Notes: generated from the letters alone by a model not told the origin. A stretch of 56,236 nt of DNA from Phoronis australis (GCA_002633005.1 NMRA01000189.1:678528-734763); one strand, 5' to 3'. Counted from the first letter of the stretch, positions 1 through 13,729 are shown. Numbers and translations: made by a program.

Positions 1-886
1 AAAAAAACCCTAAAACATTGGTAGTGATGAAAATATACATGGGTCGTCAGTCTTCTCGTGTCTGCCAATATCATTCAAATTGTACGACAGAATAATCATT
101 TGCACAGAATCCCAACTCTACTGTCTAACATTTTCTTGCGAGTTTTTTTGCGAGTGGTCAAAGCACTCTCTCCAGATTTCTCACTTCCTATACACGTGTA
201 TAATTTTGTGTGTTTTATACCATGTCATAGACATCTGAAGCTATTGCATACTGGAGCTTTTGGGTGGAAATTCAGTAGTTTGCCACATCATGGTAGTTAA
301 TGTCTTGTTGAATTACAGTAGAACTCGGTAACTTGGAGCCAGTGAGACAGATATTTCATCGAAGTCAAAGTTACTTGGAGGCGTTACAGGAATTAATGCA
401 TGCTAGCCTTTCTAGTTTCCAATGAAGCACTACCAATGTAACGAGTCCTACTGTATAAGAAGAGGGCAGGAGATTCAGACTCTACCTCAGACAATAATCC
501 AGATTTTTATGTAATAGCAATATTGTTGAATGTGTTCACTTGAAACTCACTAACAACTCCAGTGAGACCAATTCCTAAGTAAACCATAACTNNNNNNNNN
601 NNNNNNNNNNNNNNNNNNNNNNNNNNNNNNNNNNNNCCATTCTGAAAACACAGAAATCCATCATGGAATGCCAACTTCATTTTTGTACCACTGAGATTGC
701 GCTGTGATTGCAGTCGTTTGTTAGGATATTTGTTCTCTCTATGGAACTTGTCACTTATTTCAACTCGTCCAAAGTAGATAAGGCTACTCCCCGAGTCACA
801 AGTTTTAGTAATAGAGTACTTAGGTAATGAACTGGAGTTGGCATTCCAGGGATAAGACAACTCGATATATATATACATAAATGAAA

Positions 887-3051
887 CTAATAAGAAAATC
901 CTTGAAACTCAAAGTCCTCCTCATTTCCCGGTGGAGGGTAAAAAGCTCTGATGCAGGCTACTGCGCATGCTGGAATTACAACACGGACAGTTCGTCCTAG
1001 CTGACCATACACCCATCTTAGGAACTGTCTGTAGGCTATGTGTCGCATCCTTTTATCAAAGGGTCCGTCATAGCCATCCGGATATTGGCTTTTATACTGC
1101 AGCCATGCAGTCTCCAAAACATCACGATTGATGCACACAGGTTGAAAACTTCCATGGTACACGATACATTTTTTTCTTCCGTTTAAGTTGTCCCTCTTCA
1201 ATTCGTCCTCAAGTTTAGCAATAACTTTGTTGACCTCTTGACAACATACTCTTTCTTCAATGACTGCAGTAGTCTGAAGGTACACGATACATTTTTTTCT
1301 TTCGTTTAAGTTGTCCCTCTTCATTTCGTCCTCAAGTTTAGCAATAACTTTGTCTACTTCTTGACAACATACTCTTTCTTCAATGACTGCAGTAGTCTGA
1401 CAGTTGTCACATGTGCACCTGCAAGATGTGACAATATGTATACATTACTTTAGTAAACATCAAAATGTCGAATTGAAAAAAATACTGATTTACGAAGAGT
1501 GTCTCGGCCAAATTAATTGAGGGTTTGCAATGACCTCACTTTTCGAGAAGACTGATTGTTGAGCAGCGACCTGTTTAAAACAGAACAAAAATGAAACTTA
1601 ATTCCAAAAAACAAGCTTTGGAACATCACATAAATAGTAAAGATATTTACTTTTCATACAAATGAATACTGCTACACCCAGGGCAGTGGCAGATCATGCC
1701 TGGGGGATATATATATATAGGAATGGACATACATGTACTTAGTTTGATTTGCTGACACCTGGTTCATTGATGGAGGGGTCTGTTTTGTTAATAATCGTCA
1801 ATATTACAGTAAGTTTTCGAGAAGACTGATTGTTGAGCAGCGACCTGTTTAAAACAGAACAAAAATGAAACTAAATTCCAAAAAACAAACCTGATTCATT
1901 GATGGAGGGGTCTGTTTTGTTAATAATCGTGAATATTACAGTAAACATTTTAAAAAACTTTTGCATATCCGATGCCTTCTATACTCTTTAGAAACTTTAC
2001 CAGACGGTTCCTTCCCAAGTCAACTCGCACCCAAGCCATGTACCAATTTTCACAAATAACAGCAACATTAGGTACATAGGCATGAAAGCATTGACTTACA
2101 CAAACTAAACCTGGTTAGAAAAACGTGTGTACATTGCTCTGGGTCCAAGTTGACTTGGCCCTAGAGTATGAAAATGAAGATACCTGTTTTATAACCCATG
2201 GAATTCCCTCCGGCCCCCAGGTAAGAAAGTCAAAGTTGCAAAATTGCAATTCTTTTTTCCTCTTGTTTACACTACACAGTTGAGTATTGGGAGGTGGTTC
2301 TCATTTTTTCCCATGCATACATTTATTCACTCACTAGTAAGACTGAGCTCAGGGGAGTAGGAGACAACTTCGTACAATGCCCAGGGAGGTGGTTCTCATT
2401 CTTTCCCATGCATACATTTATTCACTCACTAGTAAGACTGAGCTCAGAGGAGTAGGAGATAACTTCGTACAATGCCCAATTGTCTGCCAGTGAAAGCCAG
2501 GATTCTAACCCGAGTCTCACAAACAAGAGTCCGGGGCCCAAACCAATGCGCCACTGTCTACAAATAATCAAAGACCACACATTGTTGAGTGATTTGCGTA
2601 AGTGCAACGTGTCCCATTTTTTTATCACTGAAACTGGTACTTATCCACGGCTGAAAAATGATTCATCAGTGGGGACGAGAGCGCCTGGGAGTGACCGGTA
2701 AAGCTACTGAACTTAAAATTAAAAAAGACCATGTAGTAATTCGCGGTAGTATGATGCATATTTATAATATTCTTACCAGTCACTAACATTCTGTCGCAAC
2801 TCCTGCGCACCTTCTGCCTGTTGATATTCACTGCACGAACCGCCTGGGGCTGGATCGTCGACAACCGGAGCAAGGGGATCGAGGGAAAACGGTTCTACTA
2901 GAGAGAAGGTGTGAGCACAAATTGTTCCTATGGGGTCTGTCGCCTCCTCCTCCACATCCGAAACGTCAGAATCGTCTGAAAACTACACCTGACCCTCCCT
3001 GTATCTTTCAAAATATTCTTCATCTACGCTGCTGTACTCACTGGGATCCAT
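887..3051 (-). pseudogene. KolX / P2X7 C-terminal ballast-like Cys-rich protein, 2 exons (3051-2777, 1418-887), premature stop
   Basis: ATG at 3051 (MDPSEYSSVDEE...), donor TG|gtaag at 2777, acceptor ttgcag|G at 1418. The splice rebuilds WCTCDNC...ERVCCQE...CI..H.SFQPVCINRDVL...RHIAYRQFLRWVYGQLGRTVRVVIPACAVACIRAFYP...FQGF, the P2X7-ballast/KolX pattern. In-frame TAG at 2983-2985 (GAG in copy 2). Confidence 0.85.
1156..1400. repeat. 123-bp in-frame tandem duplication inside KolX exon 2
   Basis: ggtacacgatacatttttttc...gcagtagtctga starts at 1156 and again at 1279; absent from copy 2. Confidence 0.9.
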
Positions 3052-3290
3052 ATTGTTTTCTTTGTGTTCCCCAACACCACGTCACAGATGTGTAACGAAG
3101 GAAAATGGCGCCGTTTCTATTTTCCGTTACAACAATGGCGTTACAACGCCACGGCAACAAATATGTAAATAACTTTTTATAGCGACGTACAATTCAGTTA
3201 ATGTTAAGAATATAGCAAGAATAATTACAAACACGAATTTAGAGCATATTGTTGTTCAGATTGGTTGAGACCTTGCAATTTACACTTTAA

Positions 3291-5699
3291 AGAGCTAAAA
3301 TTGCCGTCCGGGTTTTGTTTAGGTGAAGTAGATGACAGAACTATATAACGAGTTAGAATATCTAAGTTCAGTGAAAATGCATTCTTTTGTCCATATATTT
3401 TTACTGTATCAACCAGTTTTAAAAGGTTATAATGATTCTTTTATCTGCCATTTGATTTTTGTCAATTTCAGCTCACTGAGATAGCTAAATTAAATCACTT
3501 ACTGCTTTAATTTTTGAATGAGTTTTTAATATGACACAATTTTGCTTGTAAGAGCTGAAATTCTTTATACTTGGGGGTACAATGTATCATTCAAAATGTT
3601 TTGGGGATTTTTTTTCTTTACTGGTGGACCGTAGTACTGAGTTATACATTAAATCAGGGTCAACAAATGGAGGCAAATCCCCACGTGTGCTTCTTGTTTC
3701 CAATTTACTCTGTTCTCTGTTTTCTCAAAATTTATGCATGACTCACATTCCAATCCCAGAACGAGGTTATTACTGTTAAGTCTACAGGAAGCTGTCTGTT
3801 TACATTGAATCTCTATATAAGCAGCGGCACATTACTGTGTTGCTTGCTGCACAAATAATGGAAGAGAACAATTAGTGTCTTTTTATTAATCTCATGCTGA
3901 AAAAGAATTAATAAAGGCAGCTGCTGGTCTACAGTGGACCAGCTTTGCAAGTAAATTATTACACAATCTCGATATCAGCTCTAGTCGACTTTTAGTGTAC
4001 CACAATGGGCCAGTAATTGCTTGAATAGATCATAACTTTCAAGCACATCATGTCTTATGTTTGAATAGATCTTAACTTTCAAGCACATCATTTCCTATGA
4101 GCACTTAATTTAATGAATAATCATTTCACAGCCAAAACCAGCAGTCAAGCGATGAAGCAAACAGTACTTCCCCTGGTGTAACTCGTTTTTCTGATTTTTA
4201 TAATTTTCCTACACTAAAAATTGTGTTGCATCTGAAAGATGTACTAACTTTTACGGCTATGAAAGTTTCATTTTAACAGATATTCACGTTCACGTATGAA
4301 CATGTATGAATAGTATGTAACCAAGGGGCAGTGTGATGGCTGATAAAAGATTTCTAATTACTAGATACTCAGTGAAAAGGTGCAAAACAACATCGCTCTT
4401 CATTACCGAGGAAGGTGAGGAAACAAGGAAAACATAATAGCCAGTTTGAGAATACATGTTGAGAGTCACTAGGCAAATCAAGGAAAATCACTGAAATTCC
4501 AAAAATGTACTCAGTGAATTAAATCAAAACCATCTTCAATCCATCATTATCCATGTTCCAAACAAATGAATCAATGACTGACCAAATAATCTAATGATTT
4601 TACATATAAAACTTACAGCGCTAAATACTTGAACCCTAATTAAGCCAGTAGTCTTACCACTCATTGGTATCCTTGAATTCTATCTGCTAAATAAAAACTC
4701 CAAACAAACTGACTTTTACTTATGCTTGACCAGATCGATCACAACTGAAGAATGTTTATGCAGCCTATTAAACTGCTCACTTCTTATTGAGGTCATTTAA
4801 ATTTTACTGGAGTACTTGTACCCTTTACACAGATGATCCTTGGCTGGTGACTGCGAAGACTTTTTACAGTAAAATTCCAGAGAGGTAATCAACTAAATAT
4901 TATGTTTAGATGAGCTAAATTAGAATATTATTAAAGGTCTATAAGATCGCCGTTTGCTACCCAGCCAAAATCTCGCAAACTAAAGGTGCGTTTTCAAGAT
5001 CCAGCTTGCATTCGAAAATTCCAAGGGGCATTAGCTGATCTGACAACGACCAGGATAAAAATTATCACGTGGACCTAAAATGGCGATTGTAGATAAAACT
5101 TGCATACTCGTCCGCTTCGCGCCAGAAACACTAAAGCCCGGGACACATAGAATCCGAAATCCATAAAACAGTACCAGGGACACAAAAAAACTCGGGATAC
5201 CTAGAACACAGGACGCAATGCTATGCTCCCACATTATATTAGTCAAAACCACATCTAATATCTATATGTAAACTCTTTAAAATTACCACGAACTAAAACT
5301 GGGACGGCCATATTGGGATCTGACTCTTAGCTTGTGTGCAGACGGAACATATTGTGTGTAAATTTGGGACAACACTTTTTGGTGTAAGAGTGTAGTGCTG
5401 TGAGAATTGTTTAATTAAATCTTGTATTACATGATTGTGCCGGATTTTCTTTGGATTAATAAGGGCTAAATGTGACTTGTTTCTCTCAGTACTGTATCTG
5501 AGGTAGTCACGATTTGTCAATAATCTCGGTGAGCTTAAATTGAAAATAAAGCACAGGCATAACGTTTAAAGCTAGTCACATAAAATATATGGACAGTAGA
5601 ATGTATATTCACTGAACTTCAGACATTCTGAAAGCTTATATATTTCTGTCATCCACTTGACCTACCGGTAAATGAAACCCAGCTGGCCATTTTGGCTCT
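3291..5699. repeat. Centre of an old large inverted repeat: ~190-bp diverged arms at 3291-3480 and 5525-5699
   Basis: agagctaaaattgcc...gatgacagaactatataa...aagttcagtgaa..tgcattct...gtccatatatttt matches the reverse complement of 5581-5699 with scattered mismatches. Confidence 0.7.
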
Positions 5700-8642
5700 T
5701 TATGTTAAGTTTGAATCTGTTGACCCGTTCTGATGTGGAAATGTGCATGTGCAAACCGAATCATTTGACCTGCAGACAAGGGAACAGTGCAAAACTTGTA
5801 CAAATGAATTCATTATATATAAAACAAATGGAACAAGTTTCAAGTGGTCTTACCTGTTTATGTCCATGGGGTACTGTATGTAATCACCAAGTCCTTTGAC
5901 GCACAAGGTTCCGATTTATATAAATAGTAGCGTTAGATTAACAGGGTAGGAAAATTTAGACATAGTAAATACTTAAAAAGCAAGTAAACAAAGTTTGAAT
6001 CTGCTTACCCGGTCTGATGTGGAAATGTGCATGTGCCAACACAATCATTTGACCCACAGACAAGGGAACAGTGCAAAATTTGTACAATGGAATTACATGT
6101 AAAGCAAAGTTGTAAATTATCTCTTGACTCTTGCATCAATATTTATCCAACCATGGATTGTTTGCATTAATATACATGTACTTTAAAACTTAAATGGCAT
6201 GGGAGAAAATATGCTAAGCATATATTTTCCTTAGTTTGACTCTGCTTAACCGATTTTATTCGATGATTTGCATCCGATGCAAGACTTAATTCTAATTTCA
6301 AACACAGAATTGCTCACTTACTGTTACACATAAACCGTGTTCGCTGGTTGCTCTTGCCTTTCTAAGTAAAAGTCTCTGAGTGCGGCAACTCGTTCTGTGC
6401 AATATTTTTTCACAGTGCGTTACACCCATTAGTTGGTATAACTTTAAGCCACATATATCCACAAATAGTGGTAACGCATCTTCAAATATTGTTTAACACA
6501 GAAAGCATCTGTTGTGTTAAATTAATTTAAATTAACATTTCGTATAAGTTGACATTTCCACTTTAACTATGTAACATAGTTTATTAAATGCATCGGTTGT
6601 TGTTAGCATTGCAAACACGATTTTTTATTCTTAATAAATTTTACGATCTTGATTTAATATTAGTGTTGCATGAGAATTTAATATTAATAAAGTGTGTGCC
6701 ATCTTCGAGTGGGATGCTTTTTATGTTGTTTTTAGAGCACAATGGTTGCGACTCAAGATTCGATACCACGTTGTACGAAATTTGTATAGTGAATATCATA
6801 GCGTACAGTGTGTTGATAAAACAACACCGCTAGAGAATAAAAAGCAGACGGAACAAAGCACTTGTACAGTGTAGAGGTAAAAGCGACTTTAAATGAATAC
6901 ACTCTTTCCGTCTCGGCGTGTTCCAAGGGTATTTTACATGGAGTTATATACTGACCATTATCAAGAAAGCATCAGAAACGTTTCATGAATTAATAATGGC
7001 TATGTACGTTCATTGTACTGTAGCAAGACAAACATATTCGTATCCTAATATCGACAAATTTGCGATACCAATTGCATTGTGAAAATGGCCTTGCTTTGAT
7101 TTTGGTACAGTGACTTGTGTATAGTATAGAATATATAATAGAATAGTGGAGTCTTAAACCTGTACAGAAGTGCTTAAATATAAGCCAGGCAATTTTAGAA
7201 CTTGTACAGATATGCTTAAGTATAAACGGGATTTATGTTATTTGTTTCATTATTTATCAAAATCTGCCTATAAAATCGTGACTTTGGACCAAAAGAGAAA
7301 AGTTTAAATTTTCATGAGAACCGTCCAAGAAACTTGAAGGTGCAAATGAAGGAAATTATGTAACACAATTGTACTGAGAGTAGACTCTGAAAGATTGGCA
7401 GAAGATAACGGCTATCCTGGAATGTTTACAGCATCCGAGAATTAACGCCATGTACACATTTGCATAAAATCAAAACGAAATTTCGAGATCATTGGTAAAC
7501 AAGTCTTACAACATGGGCGGCGTACAACTGAAAAAAGTGTTGTGCTATAGCCTGACCTCCCCTCATCCAGCCCCCATATGCCATGGGCGGTGCAGCACTG
7601 AATAAATGTCTGCTCTGGCGCCGAATCGCATTTTCAAAAAGTTTATTTATCGAGTGGATGTTCTCTAATAGGGATGCCCGGAGACGTGGTCCCGTGCCAC
7701 CCACCCCCATTCTCTAAGCTACTGCTGGCTAGTAATTGTTTTGCGCGCAATACAGTGGCAAACACTCCGTTGAATACATTCCCTGCCTCTTAGATTGTTA
7801 CCACTGGGGTGTTTTATCATCATATGATAGGTGATCACATTTTTGGTATTACTATGATGATTAAAAATTACAGATTAGATTAATACTTTACGCGTTTTTA
7901 TCCTTAAACGTCCGCTGTGGCTCATCGCTTTCATTTATTACAACACTGTCAGAAGCCATGTAAAACAAAATTATCTGTATCAATCGCCATGTAAGGACTG
8001 GTGGATGAAAAAGGCTCTGGACAAACCTGTGGACGTAATGGTAACTTAGCAACTAAATATGCATACAGTAATGCAATCAAACATGTATTTTTGGAATAAA
8101 CAGCAGTTTAATTTGCTAGCAGCTGTATGTACTTTCCCCACCTATGTATACGTGAAACTTATGACCATAGCGCTTGACTGGGACGAAACTGCAGAATATT
8201 CGAATCTCCGCCCAGAACAACCTATGGAACAAACACAATCAGATCGCCAGTTAATGTACAGCGTAATAATAATAGTGCACACGCCCAGAATCCCAATGGA
8301 TGTACATGTAGGAGGATTTTCGTTATTGGGGAATTTCATTGGCCATTAAAACATGACCATTTGCCTCACGCCGACCCAGTAGAAAGCCAATGTTATTGAT
8401 GTTTTTGTTTTTCCCTCTTCATCTCTTTCAAGACATGTAGGCCAGGGAAGGTTTTTCAGTTTTTCCATTTAGGCCTGGAAGTTGTGCATTTTGAGTTTAC
8501 TCGCATGTTAAGTTGCAATATTGAACTATAGTTAGTTTTCCCATGTATTTTTTCATTACTTTTTCCTACGCTAGTTTATTTGAACCGCATGTCCTTACAC
8601 TTCCGTAGTTGTGTTTTGTTATTGATTCTTTTTCTTGCACAG

Positions 8643-8735
8643 GAGATTCCGTTCAACTTACTGGAGCTCCCAGTGCATTGCAACAACCACGAAATGGTGC
8701 AGCTGCTGTTGGCGAATGGAGCAAACCCTAATGAG
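8643..8735 (+). CDS. Ankyrin-repeat micro-exon A (EIPFNLLELPVHCNNHEMVQLLLANGANPNE)
   Basis: Polypyrimidine tract + gcacag| acceptor, |gtaatg donor, 93 bp, phase 0-0, HEMVQLLL.NGA.PN ankyrin motif. Confidence 0.8.
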
Positions 8736-10054
8736 GTAATGAAGAAAACCTATTCGCAATATCATTTTCGAAATGTTTGCCAAACAAAAATATTTTCGAC
8801 GTCCCGTAAATTTTATTTGATGATATTTATTAAGTTAGACTTTACACCCTTTGCATGATAATGTAAAAAAATTTGACTGGCGCCAAAAACTTTTCACATG
8901 GGGTGTTAAATGTTTCGATTCTCTTCAACAAAATTGCTTGTAACTGATTATTTACGACTACCTAAACATGCTAAGCCACTAATTATTTAACATAAAATAT
9001 TTTTAGTTAAACTACATAATACTACTACTCATTCATCAATGAGACAACTTCTGCCATTATTGTTGAGTTTCTTTAGACATAAATGATGAGTTATAACTAA
9101 ATACTTGTTTAGTTCAAATGATGTATTATTAAAACAGTAGTACTCGAAAAGAAAAGAAATGAAATTACTGTCTTTCATCGAAATGCAATGAATGAATTTT
9201 TGTTTTTTCATTTTTAAAGGTATTGGGTTTCGCTGATGGCCCCGGCAATAAATTAGCATAAATTATTCACTTAAACGTAGTAGGCCAGTGAACTGATTAG
9301 TGAAGCAGCCCATATTGCGACACCGCAAGTACACTTAACAAAGAAAGGTTGAATGGGATCTGAATTAGAACTGATTCACGCCGTGATTTACTGGTGGATT
9401 AAAGAAGGCACTAAAGAAAGATGTGGACGTGATGGTAACCTAGCAACTGAATATGCGTACAGTAATGCAATCAAACAGATTGTATTTTAGGACTGAACAG
9501 CAGTTCAATTTGTTAGCAGCAGTATGTACTGTCCCTATGTGTGTATACGTGAACTTTATGACCATAGCACTTGAATGGGACGTAACTGCAGAATATTCGA
9601 ATCACTGCTCGGGACAATTTATGGGACAAATTCAATCATCTAGTCAATTAATGTACAGCGCAATTGTGATAGTGCACACGGCAAAAATCCAAATGGGTGT
9701 AAGAAGCCGTGCGTTATTGCGGAGTGCAAAGCAAATTCGACCATGAAAACACGACAATTTGTCGCTCACCAGAAAGTCAACGTTTTTAATTCATGCTTTT
9801 TTTTCCCTGTTCATCTCTTTCAAGACATGTAGGCAGGGGTAGGTTTTTCCAGTTCATTTAGGCCTGCAAGTTGTGAATTTAGAGTTTATTTGTATGTTTA
9901 GTAACAATTGTCTGTTGATGTAAAACGTTGCAATTGAGTTATAAAACATTGCCACGTACTTTTTCATTACTTCTTACTACGCTGGTTTATTTAAAATGCA
10001 TGTACTTTACACTTCTGTAGTTGTGTTTTGTTATTGATTCTTTTTGTTGCACAG

Positions 10055-10132
10055 GAGTTTGAGATGGCAGTAATGTTTTCTGACCACAAAATGGTGCAGC
10101 TCATGTTAGAGCTTGGAGCAGAACCTAATAAG
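10055..10132 (+). CDS. Ankyrin-repeat micro-exon B (EFEMAVMFSDHKMVQLMLELGAEPNK)
   Basis: tttttgttgcacag| acceptor, |gtaata donor, 78 bp, phase 0-0. Confidence 0.78.
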
Positions 10133-12064
10133 GTAATAAAGAAGATGAATCCGGATCATTTTCGAAATGTTTGCCAAACAAAAATATTTGCGCCGTCCCG
10201 TGAATTTTATTTTGATTATACTTAATTTAAATTAAACATCCTTGGGATGATAAGGTCAAAAATTTGACTTAGCCGAAATCTATTCTCATGGAGTATGAAG
10301 TCTTTCAATTGTCTTTAACAGAATTGTTTGTATTTGATTTATTATGACTACTACTACTACTACTACTAACAATGCTAAGCCATTCATAAACTATATTTTA
10401 CCAATGCGGCGTCTTCAGTCATCATCCTGGTGTTTCTTTATACATAAATGATGATTTATAAATAAGTACTTATTTAATTCAAATGACAGTACTAGTGAAG
10501 AAATGACTGGATTTTAATTGTATTGGGATTTGCAGATAGAACCTTCAATAATTTACCATAAATTATTCACTTAAACGAAGTAGGCCTGTAAACGGATTAG
10601 TGAAGCAGTCCGTATTGTGACAACGCGAAAACACTGAACAAAGAAAGATTGAATGGGATCTGAATCTCTGCAAGTGTTTAGTTTAACTAGCAGAGTTCAA
10701 AAGCTACCAAATCGTTTACAAACACTCCACTAGGTTTGGTTTGCTTAACTACTTTTTGAAGAAGTGAATTTCAACTTTGCTAACTGTTGAACCTGTCGAT
10801 GGGTGCTAATGTGAAATCCTATATCAAATGCAATTTTTCAGCAGCCAGTGACCTACAGTATAACTACATATGAAATTGTTTTGCTCTCATTATTAAATAA
10901 TTTAAAATACTCAGATTCAAATGTTTTTCTTATTATTTTCCTGTGATATCAGGTGCGTAACCTTACTTACAAATCATGGTCATTATTTACGACTCTTTAA
11001 ACCGAAGTTAATCTATCGAATTTGTTTGCCAATATTATTTATACATAGTTCTTATCAAAGTTCAATCATTCATTAATGTTGAATGAGTTATTATAAACCT
11101 TCAACTACACTGTAGTTATTTACAGAAAGTTTTATTTGATTTCAAAACAATTGATTGTCTTGTAAGCTTTGTGCCATTTATAAATAGATATCATAATAAC
11201 ACTGAATGACAATTGAGTTACTTTAAGTTATGAATCATGTACAAATATTTTTAATCGTTTCAAAAGTTCTTGCACCCTACAAATTCGTCGAACTAAAGGG
11301 GATGGCTATCATTCAAGAAATGCAAAACATGAGATGTTTTATAAATATGTGGTGCTTGGCATGATTGTAAAAATATATACTTTCAAGAGTGTCTGTACAT
11401 CAGGTGTTGCTTACACCGCCGCTGTTTTGATCATTTTGTTTCAAGTCTGTTGCAGTATGGAAGCCTTGGTGTCTGTTTGACCTGTTTAATATTTCAAAAA
11501 AGTAATATAGATTGCGTAAAGTCTCTCCAATCTTTTAATGTCTAAAGCTGTGGGGCTAATTGCTTTTTAGAGATGTTGCACATTTTGAAAAGTGATGAAA
11601 AAGGGGATTTTGTGGTAAAAAGTGCAAGCCCCCACTTTAACTGCGGCGCAAATTGTTACAAGGATGTAAGTCATGTCAGAGGAATATTGTTTAGATACGG
11701 ACATGGAATAATTCACAAAAAGACGCGGTAAAATAGAAAAATGTCGTCGATGGTGAAAATAAGGTGAAGGTGTTTTCCTGAAGACTCTGTGCTCTTGGTG
11801 TGTATCAGTCAGGAGTGACTTGAGAACGAAGATAACTTGAATGGAACTTTTTTTTCAAATGATCTGCTTGCGTGATTACTTAGTTTTCGAGTGTACCTTT
11901 TGATTTGTTGTTTGAAATGTACATGTACAAAGCAGTCGTTTAAAAATGTTTGAAAGTGAACCTATTGTATCTTGAAACGGGTGTATGCACACTTGGTATA
12001 GGAACACTTGTCAATTTCAGTACAATGGCCTATCAGTAAGCATAGGTGATATTTCAATTTACAG

Positions 12065-12160
12065 TGGTACCTTTACCCCCCTCTATACTCGGCAATTGTA
12101 AGAGGTGACGTTAAGACGGTGAAGCTATTGTTGGACAATGGAGCAAAGGTGGATGATAAG
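12065..12160 (+). CDS. Ankyrin-repeat micro-exon C (WYLYPPLYSAIVRGDVKTVKLLLDNGAKVDDK)
   Basis: tttacag| acceptor, AAG|gtaccg donor, 96 bp, phase 0-0, PL..A...G....VKLLL..GA.V motif. Not in the ORF track on this strand. Confidence 0.85.
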
Positions 12161-12801
12161 GTACCGTAATCGAACCAATTTTTGAATTTAAACACAACAG
12201 TTGCTTCAAACGCTAAGTGTTGATACATGTGTGACAATTTATTGGGATACTTGGATTTCGCTGTACTATCTGTATTAGATATGTACGTGAACCTTGAAAG
12301 AGGGTAATAGTGATTAAAATATAAGTCAGGGACGTGTATTGTTCCTCGCATCCATTAATTAAAGAGGTTCGCGAAGGTTTACGGTGCGGTATTTAATAAA
12401 ATGTTAGAATGAAATGTTTTTGTAACATGTGGTGCCGTTACGTGGTATATACACATATTTAGTGACTAACAAGGTTAGACTATGATAAAATAGAGGTACT
12501 AATAACGGTATAACATAACACTAGAATATAAAAGTCTAGAATAAAAAAACTAGAATATAACAAACTGCTAAGGAAATTAAACAATGGAAGCAAAGGTAGC
12601 TAGAACTAATGACTAGAAATTGAAAGCCTGCAACAACAGACCTTTGGCCGCAGGCTGCAACAACAGATCTGCGAACGGCAGGAGGCCGGCTGCAACAACA
12701 GGGCTGACCTGGGGGCTGAAACCAAAGACCCAGAGCAGTGGGAGGGGCTGAAAAGCAAAGTGAGAGAAATGGGGAGCTGCAACAACAGGCTCACCGGGAG
12801 T

Positions 12802-13729
12802 TCAGGAAGCCTGGGGAAGAGGAAAAGGTAGAATGTAGTGTTTTAGTGCGTCAGATTTCCATCGACCCATGCGCTGGATCACCGGTTCAGGGACGCCACG
12901 GCTGGCCGCTGAGGTGGCGGCGCCGATGCGAAAGCTATGTGACGTATAAGACAAAGGAAGCCACTGTACTTAACATGGTGTTGAAGCACGAACGAGTAAC
13001 CGGTGATCCACGGAGGTGTTTGAACAGGGGGCCTGGAGAGGGCTGAAAAGTAGAAAGGTACAAGGTAAGGGTAGCTACCGGGCAATGGGAAGATCGACTG
13101 GACGGAATCGTAAGTGAGACTGGTCCCGAGCTGTGCTTCAAGGTACGCATAGTGATGACCACAGAATCGCCAGAGGGTGGGAAGACGACGTCGCTAACCT
13201 GTATGACGGTAGATGAGAGCGAGAAGGTGACTGTGAACTCACCGACTCGGAGGAAGGCATGGAAGGCAAGCAGGAACATGGCACGTGCGAGAACTGAGTC
13301 GGCGAAAGAAGCGAGGGCGGAAGGGCAGGTATCAAACAAGCGGTGAAGCAAAGCTGAAGTAATAGGCATGCGTGTGTCAGAAAAAGAGCGAAGATTGGAA
13401 GCACCTTTGAGGAGTTTTTTGATGAAAAAGGAGGAAGTGGGGTCAGGGAGGTTGTCGGGCTTGTGGACAAAACCAATGGCAGAGACATAGGACTGGATAG
13501 ACGAGCTACTAAGGCCAGATTCGAAAAGATAAGAGATGTAGTGGGCCAGGAAAGAGGTATTAATGGGCAAGGTTAACGGAGAGGTGTTAGAGGAGAGGTG
13601 AAACTGTGCGAGGTTACGCAGGATGCGGGTGTAAGACTGAAGAGTGAAGGGGGCCAGGGAAGCCCGGAGCAGTCTGGTCACACTGTCAAGAGATGCGGCG
13701 GGATCGATGTCGGATGGGGGCTGAGCCAA
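12802..13729 (-). pseudogene. DIRS tyrosine recombinase (frameshifted)
   Basis: SLAPFTLQSY...AMFLLAFHAFLRVGEFT...CPV...GPLF, then after a frameshift near 12948 YTSHSFRIGAATSAA...IQRMGRWKSDALKHYI (R...HxxR...W...Y catalytic set). Confidence 0.92.

Larger units (their letters stand above)
1..3286. mobile_element. Kolobok-type DNA transposon, copy 1 (runs off left edge; inverted relative to copy 2)
   Basis: Ends in AGACCTTGCAATTTACACT (3268-3286) followed by TTAA (3287-3290). 1-3286 aligns as reverse complement to 24668-21674. Carries a KolX-like gene. Confidence 0.9.

Noticed and set aside
887-1324. Host P2RX7 purinoceptor gene
   Set aside because: Only the C-terminal ballast-like domain is present, with no channel or ectodomain exons, and it lies inside TIR/TTAA-bounded transposon copies.
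3291-5699. Independent older Kolobok element with 190-bp TIRs
   Set aside because: The symmetry continues beyond the putative ends once the Kolobok insertion and inversion are undone, so it is better explained as the centre of a larger palindrome. Not fully excluded.
8059-9746. Recurrent ORFs (QQFNLLAAVCT..., MLIYCRG...) as a small-protein family
   Set aside because: They recur only because the intron cassettes are duplicated; indels and frameshifts differ between copies and no domain is recognisable.
12935-13729. Phage or bacterial integrase / horizontal transfer
   Set aside because: The recombinase overlaps DIRS-type RNase H and RT remnants and sits in a spliceosomal-intron context.
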